Of a DNA stretch of 61,012 nucleotides, positions 21,801 through 30,300 are shown in pieces; within the stretch, counting starts at the first letter, position 1; each line of letters starts with the position of its first letter. Made by a program: the position numbers and the translations under genes. Source of the stretch: a virus (lineage: Duplodnaviria; Heunggongvirae; Uroviricota; Caudoviricetes); IMG/VR virus record IMGVR_UViG_3300010367_000056, positions 64,001 to 125,012 of that record. The stretch is one strand, 5' to 3'. Under the pieces are notes generated by a model. That model made no database searches. It was not told the DNA's origin and saw only the letters and a program-made list of their open reading frames with translations.

Positions 21801-24307
21801 ATGGAGCAAAATCACTTTTAGGTGATCAATATAGTAAAACTGTTGTAAATCAAAATCCTGAAAAAGCTGAAGAAAAAGTTGAAACAGTACTCGATCCTGA
21901 AGAAGAAACTACTCAAGCTGAAGAAATCGAAGAGGAAGAAACTCAGTCTGAAAATAGTGAAAACAATACTCCACAGGAAACACAAGAACAAGTTAGTGAA
22001 GAAGATGAAGAAGGAGCTGACGAAGAAAGACCTGGAGAAGTTATATCCTCTGATGGAATTGAGGACAATCAACAAGAGAATGATGTTGAGTCTCCTGTAA
22101 AAACAGAATTGGTTGAAGCTGTTACTTCTATGTGGGAAAGTATTAGAGATAAAACTATAACAGCCTTTGATAAAATGAAAGCTGGAGTAGTAGAATTACT
22201 ATTTCCTACTGGACAAACTACTAAATATAAAGTAACAGAAGGCCAATTTACTTTAAGACCTGAAGGAGAATATGAGAATAGAAATCTTAGAAATGGTGAT
22301 AAAGTAATAGTAATTCCTTTTAAACCAAGTAAAACTAGTAAATCTGGAAGGAAGTTTGGTTATGCTGTAGTTACTCCTGCAATAGGAGAAGATGGAAAAG
22401 CAATTCCTAATAGTTATAGAACTGTATCTATCTTATCAGATTCAGAAATAGACAAGTTTAAAGAGAATAATGATACTATTCCTTTATACGACTCTATTAC
22501 AGAGAATGAAGGTAGAAATGTAGGTTTTGTATCTATTTTATATGAGGATGTTAGTGGAACTAATGGATTCATTACTACTTCTTCTAAGGTTATTAATTCT
22601 TTACAAGAAGGTCAAGTAATTCATAGTCAACCAATTAAATACTTTTATAGTGCTCCATATAGAGATATGAATGCTCAATATATGAGTAACCTTATTGATC
22701 ATTTTATAGATAATTATTATGATAATCATTTAAATGCTTTACCACCTGCTCAAAGAGAAATAGAAAGAAGACGTATTAGAGAGTTTTACAATAATTCTCA
22801 GAATGCTCAAATTATAATCCCTACTAATAAGGATGTAATCGAGACTCCCAATAGAAAACCTCTTCTTAATATTCCTCCTGAATTAAAAGGTATTATAAGA
22901 CCAGGTAGACCGTATATGATGTTTAGATCATATCATAGAGGTGGTGCCATGCAATTTGTTGGATTATCTCGTAAATTCTTAAATACTAATTTACATAATG
23001 AAAGTTTAGCTCCTATTAGAGACTTTATTAATTCAGCTAGAGCTGTTAAGACTTTATTATTAAGCAAGGGTATTACTAATAGAATGGGCTATTCAAGAAC
23101 TTTAAGTAATTTATTATCAAGACTTTCTAATACTTATATTAGAGATAATAATCAAGATAGTTATACAGTCTCATATACAGAAAATACACCAGGAGGTGTA
23201 AGAGTAACTAGAGATATTAAATTCTCAAATACTGAAGCTGAAAGAATATATAATCTATATGCTATGTATTCAGAACCTAATACTCAATATCAAAAATCTG
23301 AAACAGAGAGGGAAATAAGAAACTTAACTAATTCTAAAAAAGCTAGAACTTATATCTTTGAGGATGGTGAAGTTATTTATGGTACTATTGAGTCTTATGA
23401 TCCAAATACTAGGTCATTTGTAGTAAAAGATGTTAGAGCCAAAGGTACTGATGAAGAATTCAAGACTAAATCTGGAGTTATATATCATACTTCAAGATCT
23501 GTAGTAGGAAAAGCTCAAAAAGCTCTTGATGATATTATGAACTCAAATTCTAATATTTCAAGGTTATTCACAGCTACTACTGGAAGAACGGGATTTGTCA
23601 CTGGTAGGAGAGAAACTGGTATTTCTACTCAAAACAAAGCTTATAAATTCATGGCTCTTTTAGGTTCTAAATCTGTTCCTGTTCCTAAATCCTATAACAC
23701 AGATGGTACAGTTTCAGAATATTATGAAGATGTTGTTGATATTCTCGAAGATTTGTTTAACTTTGCTACTAGAGGTGAATTACCTGGAAAACAAATGCAA
23801 TATATAAATGATGAAGGACAAATACAAAATACTCAAGTGAAGTTTAGAGTTCCTGTACCTCTTAATGCCTCAGATGATGGAGGCCAACTTATACATGATT
23901 ATTCCTATTCTCCACAGAATACTTCAAGGGATAATACTGTTCCTAACACTAGGTACTTTGAAAGTAATTTTGATTCAATGCTACCTACAAGAGTATTTGT
24001 TCAATTTGGTGAAGTTACTGAAGAACAGCCTGAAGTTGAAGAAGTAGTACCTACTACAGAGGAAGAAATAGGAGAACAAGTTGTAGAAGAAGTTACTCCA
24101 GTACAAGAACTTACAAGACAGGAAATCAATAGTCTTCCTTTTGAAGAAATTGAGAGAAGATTGACACCTGAAAATTGGAGAAGATTAGAAGAATATGCTC
24201 AAAGAGAGGGTTTTGGTACTGCTAGAGAATTCTTTGATACTTTATATTCACAACATCCAGAAGAACAGGAAATGTTTAGAGATTATTTAATTGAATGTTT
24301 ATTATAA
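15824..24307 (+). CDS. giant virion protein with superfamily-1 helicase/ATPase domain
   Basis: 2827 aa; APGGAGKT (Walker A), VLIVDE (Walker B), MGDTNQL, NFRS, STVRNVQGFSFDEV, YVAASRAR = SF1 motifs I-VI at about 20700-21665; Gly-rich hydrophobic segments near the N-terminus. Confidence 0.8.
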   Translation: MADPIQPSNNPNQYYQAPLEVNNYVPQSSTPIQAQPIDLYGLLGMIQPAKGKLATRKKTPYELMMEGDNPLLTPEAAPIQTSLRTLEPLDDSAGLFHSQDGFGKYGYSSILNEGDNEDRYSQNFKADNPAKFFRPGAHPIEGVWKGIYWGGGFLEKTLESAVVKLGQGLGAVWGLTLGNAANELTGQKYENYGDWLAKSSDNILSNFFNGWDQNLKDRYHYFQEKSDRDNKGFIQSMGDGDFWMNDVSDGLGFLVSSMFEAGLVSKLGLGTKLATRLAPLAEDVSLSGLSAGEAASRSMLQRSLNAVGFEGSGNMLVKNAVDLTSQTLALTAIESATEAQEAKDKIYQSFEGKINPETGMVYSEDEKKRLSAAGAAQVFKQNMMILAGPKFLETIVFNRIGDFAMGQFNKVLGRAEVEAGRASNALRSRLGTLASETTYNRSSALANIWKVGSAAAIGFASEGLFEENIQLAISRTAEDTYGSGDEYYRPKTTKKEIDKMDLSDELNINPLKGVKGIFKGNGVSDFFGGTVGEKYVQQTKQFFKGINDDRYLDDELSKSIGIGGAFGIGGGGIHTMIGIRQQAKIDNYWNNRLNQARNNLFTSNYFYQTRTEDKPDPENPGKTIPTTSIVTDPTTGSPLLDQQKLRDYLNKMNNIQGIMDIIGNTEDQNNELNQLPQNQELNKLARNVLFTQLAMEYIKAGKKDLLLSNLASTSQFSDKDIQALGYEPGMMSDQDKKNMLAKMVNVVNRLDNADQWIENNVLDNLSEKRQGKFGLSYTKSQKEKRRQEFEAKKAYLRGLAMQNALLDTYLDDINQSEQGLGEPQTPILSSTIDENGLPVRDFQVPLDATLREYNTRMPALKNQMRVLEQEFAYHWENSKTSLRNAPKGQEFDAWSKSNNGTILRNSQAKSWEALEKLNKLQAEYDELTNRRKQFLNEGEFELVDEDGNPITDETDPNQNYFVQPKRQENTSLEQLNNDKLRRINDVKREEIGIQKSWIEEEWRLTAALKESKETAGLKDTRLSRRMSGSENTYNQYFQREVVTKDRGQGERKMKLWHSDESKRVGAKRYKANEEKLLKVERIQGKVRTILAEVNGQKLLAEIEALLERDLSSEEFAVELQKVIDIYNGRPVVLSKDEKSLIDNQIENTQDEYNFVQAIFEFMPEDERFNSKYYNIDDNGFFVVKPEYDDLQALANVATNLNSRLEDLEGVKKYLDSIPENIPDNESWNNPNLVRRKIADTYNETADNIIDAYNRVSNDGQSDIAGDSLNSKQDLDKVEEEINELEQLKKIFEDRNKTDNILSSPEFQGFIEGLDSRLAKLSEIKDKVKERINSRLRENQDFLVDSISNLVEQIGLNTNGEIKSEPLQKEFEQVAGSEMMSKLVNSLQDLQKLIDKEDKTADEKKQLNEFYWTINGQVSAIQDIVKRNGKKEILAEVSKQKKEFIQKLEETNLMKKLSTTSYYKDIINNIDDSLLGVLQLMFYQSAFSQIGLGSTNDFLDDNPASPVYKFREDFNLRKFVRNVEKDNSRTPQNSEISKEDLLQFLQIAQEIQILEDLQLNLESELNLLDQVEREKQVIQEKVEDKDNKYENLIIPSIQQLFFLRKIAAFLRTNKVIGENPGFRNWIYIQAPGGAGKTQTLGTWFNIISGIPRDRVLATAFTEEASRAIKKALLVGESGPKDVTEMSAAIREFTRNKNFDHDVLIVDEFPAISVDQQKELFDAVTEYTKAKKAANKGEFKVITMGDTNQLTFSDNFIIPRPSIIANPNYFAETRKGTNDNHTAKMTIIPSLTVNFRSNIFAVTSFMDIFKGSNKDHINEAIKVTSTDPELESKDVKGVVSIEKASFPARLISYLKLNENSTRTRALIVNEDKLAFYKKLLEDNGIKVITDPNDEVTKGVYVSTVRNVQGFSFDEVFIDFESKDKGLFSGSASPNFNYNKAMYVAASRARNLIVATNFPNFQNIQDDSINNLESKALSELQTKNEDFLNQRDLEINGAKSLLGDQYSKTVVNQNPEKAEEKVETVLDPEEETTQAEEIEEEETQSENSENNTPQETQEQVSEEDEEGADEERPGEVISSDGIEDNQQENDVESPVKTELVEAVTSMWESIRDKTITAFDKMKAGVVELLFPTGQTTKYKVTEGQFTLRPEGEYENRNLRNGDKVIVIPFKPSKTSKSGRKFGYAVVTPAIGEDGKAIPNSYRTVSILSDSEIDKFKENNDTIPLYDSITENEGRNVGFVSILYEDVSGTNGFITTSSKVINSLQEGQVIHSQPIKYFYSAPYRDMNAQYMSNLIDHFIDNYYDNHLNALPPAQREIERRRIREFYNNSQNAQIIIPTNKDVIETPNRKPLLNIPPELKGIIRPGRPYMMFRSYHRGGAMQFVGLSRKFLNTNLHNESLAPIRDFINSARAVKTLLLSKGITNRMGYSRTLSNLLSRLSNTYIRDNNQDSYTVSYTENTPGGVRVTRDIKFSNTEAERIYNLYAMYSEPNTQYQKSETEREIRNLTNSKKARTYIFEDGEVIYGTIESYDPNTRSFVVKDVRAKGTDEEFKTKSGVIYHTSRSVVGKAQKALDDIMNSNSNISRLFTATTGRTGFVTGRRETGISTQNKAYKFMALLGSKSVPVPKSYNTDGTVSEYYEDVVDILEDLFNFATRGELPGKQMQYINDEGQIQNTQVKFRVPVPLNASDDGGQLIHDYSYSPQNTSRDNTVPNTRYFESNFDSMLPTRVFVQFGEVTEEQPEVEEVVPTTEEEIGEQVVEEVTPVQELTRQEINSLPFEEIERRLTPENWRRLEEYAQREGFGTAREFFDTLYSQHPEEQEMFRDYLIECLL

Positions 24308-24310
24308 TAT

Positions 24311-27300
24311 ATGAGTTGCGTAAATATTAACAGTCCACAGTATAAATCCCTTATAAAGGGAATGTCTCCTAGAGAAAAGTTTGTAGCTAAGGGTGTAATG
24401 AGTAGATTTATGTCTGAGAATGAAGGTAGAATGCCAGATTTCATAGAACTTAAATCTGCCATTGCAGATCTTTATAATACCAATAAAGGTGGTGTTGACT
24501 ATAAAACTTTTTATAATGAAGTAAAAGATATATTTAAATCTCTCTTACCAGGAATGTCTGAAGCTGAGTTAGATCAACGAGTAAAATTTGTTGATAAACT
24601 TGAACTTATGAGGCTTAGGGATGGTAAAGAAGTTTTAACATCTTTTATTAATGATGTTGTGTATATAGCTAAATCTCTTCCTGAAGAAAGAGGTGAAAAA
24701 GCTTATACTGATATTAGACATGAAATCTTCCATGTTATCTTCAATAATTTTTTATCTGAAGATGAGCAAATTAAGATGGTAGAAACCTTCAAAAGATGGA
24801 AACCAGAATATGCTAAAACAATGGGCAAAGAAGATCTGGAAGAAGCAATGGCTAATTCTTTTGAACACTATAGGACTTCTCCTAAAAAAACTATTCCCAT
24901 TATGATAAGAGATTTCTTTGTAGATCTCTTAAAATTCTTTGGACTTATTGGTGATAATTATGTAGATATTAAGAAACTATTTGATGATGTTGAGAGTGGT
25001 AAATTTACTCGTAATTATTTGAAAGATAGTTTGGTAACTAGGGATAAAACTATATTATCAAAATATACTGAGTTTTCCACAAATCTTGATTTATTCCTAC
25101 AAGCTAAAGCATTTGTACTCAATAATTTAAATGAGTTAATGTTTCCTGAGAATAATACTCAATTATCAGAAGTTGGTAATAGTAACCTATTCTTAAATCA
25201 GAACTATAATACTGCTTTATTTCAAAATAATAAAGAATTATTTAAGTTAGGATTAACTAAAAATGATGCTCTGAAACAACTTCAGAGAAGAATTAGAGAC
25301 CTTTCTAGTGGAAGAACTACTGATGCACAGTTAACTAATGTTCTTAGTGTTTTATCTAAAAATCATATCTTAAAAGATATGTTTGAGTATTTACAACCAT
25401 ATAGTATTGCTAAAGTAAATGCTAATGGAGAGCTTGTACTTGAAGATCAAGTAGAAGAAGATCCTACAGAAGAATTGTTAGAAACAAGTGAAGATTATAA
25501 CTCTTTAGAAATTGGTAGTAAAGAGCTTATAAATCCTATTACTAAGATTTCTGAAGTAGTTAAAGACTTTCTTTCTTCTGTTACATATGAAACAACTCCA
25601 GGAAACTTTATCAATATTGATCCTGGTGCTGGTTTTATTTCTCTATTAAATATGTTAGGTCATTTATATGGAAATCAGTCTGTAGAGGATAATCTGAACT
25701 CATTAAATAGAAACTATTCTGAATCTGTAAGAGGAGTCCAAACTACAGCAGTTTATAATAAACTTAGAGAATTACATGAAAACTTAATAGGATCTAATAG
25801 AATTGTTATAAATATACAAGGAGTCTCTGCTGAAGACTTAAATACTATCAGACAAACTTTAGGTCAATTTGGTATTCAGCATGAAACCTTTAGAGATAAT
25901 ATGACATTAATAGTTCCAGACAATATGAAAATAGAAAATCATGGAACTAATAATGTTGACAACAAAGTTGTATTTACTCTTAATAGATTCAAAGATGGCT
26001 TAGAAAGCTTTAAAATAGAGCAAGGTGCTAGAGAATCTAATAAAACTTTTATTGAAAAAGTTGCTAATGAAACTGGTCTTCCTAGTTTTGTAGTTGCTAA
26101 ATTATTTAAGTATAATGAACAACGTAATCAGTTAGCTGAATTAACTAAAGTAGCTGGTTCTTTAAGAAAACTTTCACCTAAGTTTGTAAGAGTTCAGACT
26201 ACAAGAACTAGTGTAGAAGGGTTTACTCAAACTACTACTTCTTATGCATTTCTTAACAAGGTAAATGAATATAGAAGTTCAGGTTCTATGGCTTCAGTTA
26301 TCAGAGATAGATTGGATCTCATACCGTCAAGACAAGATGTTATTGGCTCTATGAGAGCCTATCCTAGATTAAAAGAAAGAGGTAATAGACAAGAATTAAG
26401 AAACTTATTACAAGATGTATTAATTAATAAACTTAATGCTATTTCTCCTTCTGATTTTCAAAGAATTCCTTCAAGAGGAAATGAAGTTACTACAATGCTT
26501 GATACTCTCGAAAGAATTATGAATATACCTGAAATGTCCACAGAAAAAGCTACAGAGGAATTTACAGATTCTGATGTTTTTTTGAGACAGACATCTAATT
26601 TTTCTAATTTATTAAATAAATATACATTTGAGAAAAATAATCCTACTAGCTTCTCAGTATCAACAAGTAATAAACAAAAGTGGGAAAATGTAATGTCTAA
26701 CTCTTCTTTTAAACTATTTAAAAATTTAAAAGATTTTGCAGCAGGTTTGAGAGGAGTTAAATTATTAGGATATCTTGGAAATAGTTTCAATAACTATTTA
26801 AGATTTAATCCTTTATTTGATCATAATTTTAATACAGGTGAAGTTGATGTAAATAGAACCTTATTAAAAGTTATGGATGAGGACTTCTATGCAGATCACC
26901 AAGAGACTTATTTTGATAATAGAACCTCTGCATATGCCAAACCTCCTGTTCCATTTGCTAAGGAATCTCCTAGAGATTGGATTAATAGAAACTTTTTAGC
27001 AATGTTTCAGTTACCAATTCTTGAGACTCAACAAGCCTCAGAAGGTGAAAGAACTGGACAAGCTTATTACCAACAAAAATTCCAACCAGAATCTGCTCCT
27101 AATGTATCTGTTGTAAAAATGGGTATTCATGGTTCTAATTCTATACAAAATGCTATTGCTTATATGATCCTTCAAGAGGCTTATATGCATCACTTAGCAG
27201 GTGGTTCTGTAAGAGGTAATATTGTAAAAAATACTAAGAAATCTTTGTTACCAGGTTTAGAAGGTTCTACTTATTTTATTAGAGAAGGTAGAAATATATT

Positions 27301-30300
27301 CTTTGATGGAGCTGGTAATTTAGATGCTCAATTTGGATCTATTATTAATGGTAAATTAGCTATAAATAGAAATAACTCGATTTTAAGTGAATTAACTAAT
27401 ACTATATTAAGTAACCTTGATAACTCACTAAATGAGTTTGTTGATCTAGCAATTGAAGAAAAAGCTACTTTGGAGGGCTCTAATATAGCTGATATGTATA
27501 ATAAAATTAGAAGTTCATATCTTAATCAATATCATTTAACTGATTCTGAACTAACAGTTTTAAGAGGTGTTTATTTAACAGCTCAAACAGACTTATCTGA
27601 ATTTAGATCTGGTCAAAATTTTGTACAACAAAGAGAAGTTTTAAAGAAAGCTTTATCAAGCTATTATTTAAACTCTTTTGTTAATGGATTCTTCATGAAC
27701 CAAATATCTAGTGGAGCTACACAGAATTATAAGAATCCTTTAGATGAAATTAAACGTCAAGCTGGTGTAAATGCCATGAATGATACTGGTCTTATAGACA
27801 ACAAACATGGTATGAAGAATAGCTATAAAAATATTGTAATAGCTGCTGCAAATAACTTTTATGGAGCTTCTCACAGATTTGCTAATATTCCTTTATTAGA
27901 AAGATTCTTCAAAAATAAAAAACAAGAAGTAGGTGATGCTCAATCATGGGATATTCCTGAATATAAAGGAATGCTTAGGAAATCTTTTGGTAAATCTGTT
28001 GATATTGGTGTAATTACTAAAGATGTACACTTTGAAGTAAATAATGATGGTTTTGTAGATTATCGTAAAACATCTTCTGCTGAACTTACTAATGAACTTG
28101 TTAAAAATAATAAAACACTAAGAGATCTTAGGTATGCTTTAACATTTCAACCTTATTTAGAGTCTCTTTCTACAGAGGAGAGAGAAGCTGCAAAAGAAAG
28201 AATTGATTATCTATATAATAAACTTGTAGACAATAATGATCTTGATAATGTAGATGAGTTTATGGAATATCAAGATATTCTTCAAGACATTGATGATAAA
28301 GACTTAATGATTCATAAAGCTTCATTTGAGTCTGCTATTAAAGGTAGTAAACCTTCAAGAATGTCTCAGTTTATAAAAAATCAAGAAACAGGAACATTTG
28401 ATTTTGTTCTTGAACCTTCTAGTGTAATAACATTAAATTCGGCTTATAATGGTATTCAACAAGCTATAAGACATAGATATATAGATTCATTCATAACTCA
28501 CTTTACTCAACTTACCTATTTGATAGGTCTTAATAGAACTGAAACATCTATTAAGAATAATAAAGCAATTACTAGAGCCTTAGCTAAGTTTGCTAAATCT
28601 GGTATGTTTGATACTTTATTTGATATGAGAATGGCTTACTCTGAAGAAGGATTACTTAAAGCTAATAATAGAAGTAAGAAAGAGTTTATTAAAGAATTAG
28701 TTAAGAAGTTAGATCTTCCTGGTAATGAAAGGATTGTAGAATTACTCAATACTCCAAGAATCTCAATGAATAATCCATTATTCTCTGAGAAACTTATGCA
28801 AACATTCTTTAATTCATTTACTAAATCAACTGTTAAACCTAAACACCCAGGTGGATCATTTGTACTTCAATCTGAATTTGGATTTGAAGCTAATAGAATT
28901 ATATCTGAGAATTCAATGAGAATTCCAGAACTTGTAACTGATGATCAAGGGAACTTACTATATGCAGAGTGTTATTTACCAGAAATGTACTCTGATCAAA
29001 TTAAAGCTGGTGAGATGGTATATTACAATTCAGAACATTACAATAAAATGTTTGGATTTCGTATTCCCTCATCTGATTTACATTCCTCTGTACCATTGAA
29101 AGTGATAGGATATTATCCTTCTTCAATGCATGATAATGTAGTTGTAATACCTTCTGCTGTTACTGCATTACATGGATCTGACTTTGACGTAGATAAATTG
29201 TTTGTTGTTAGATATGGTGTATTTGGTCAAGATGATGAAGATATAGATCCTAAAAGTCCAGATCAAAATCCTGAACAACCAGATGTAAAGAGAGAGTATA
29301 AAACTAAATTTCAAACTAGTAATAGTGTCATTGCTCAAAAAGGAGTTAAATTTGGTTATGTAGCTCCTGATGCTACTTATAATGATAGAGGAAACTTAAC
29401 TTCCTTTGGCCCTGATGATAGACATACAGAAATATTTAATATAGATTCTGTTCTATTAGATGAAAAGAAGAAAACTCAGGATAGAATTATACAACAAGAA
29501 GTTGCTATAACAGAACATGATAAAACTCCTACTGCTAATAGAGCACAAGAAAATGCAAAAGCAGCAAGAAGAAGAGAGCTAGTAAATGAGCAAAAGAGTC
29601 TTGAAAAGCACTTAGATACTCTTAAAACTATTCAAAGAGGTCTTTATTCTAATCAAATATTAGATGCTGTCCTAGATAATATTTCCTATTCAGGTCAAAA
29701 TGCTGAAGACATTCTTTTTGGTATTACATTCGATCCTGTAAAAGGATATGAGGAAACCTCCGAGTATTCAGAATTAGCCAGAGTATTCTCTGATATTAAT
29801 AGAGCTAAAGGTTCAGAGGATCTTTTACCAGAAAGACCTACTCTTTACACAACTCTTCAACAAGCACAAGATGCTGATGCTGAATTATATACTAAGATTA
29901 AAGAAAATCTTGAAAATAATTTAGGAGTTGATACTACAACTCAACAAGGTCAGACAGACTTATTGGCACTTATTAATGATGAATTAAAAGATGACTGGAT
30001 CTCAGATAGAGATGAATTTATAAGAAGACAAAGAGGAGCTGGTTCAGTTAATATTAATAAAGTTGAACAACATGTAACTGTTCACAAAGAAACCTATATG
30101 GCTGCTGGTCTGGTAGGTTTAATTGCAAACTTTTCAAAAGGTCTTGCATATGCATTTCATGGTATTACTAATAACGCTAATCATATTGAATTAGATATTC
30201 CAGAAAATTCAGTAGTAGAATTAGATGGTCAAAAGTTTGATAAACTTACTCTCTCTAATAGAGATGGTATTAAGAATCAGGAACTTAGATCACTAGCTCT

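Noticed and set aside
21870-22100. Glu-rich low-complexity stretches (also 24020-24110, 8750-8830 Gln-rich)
   Set aside because: Ordinary flexible linkers without a defined repeat unit.
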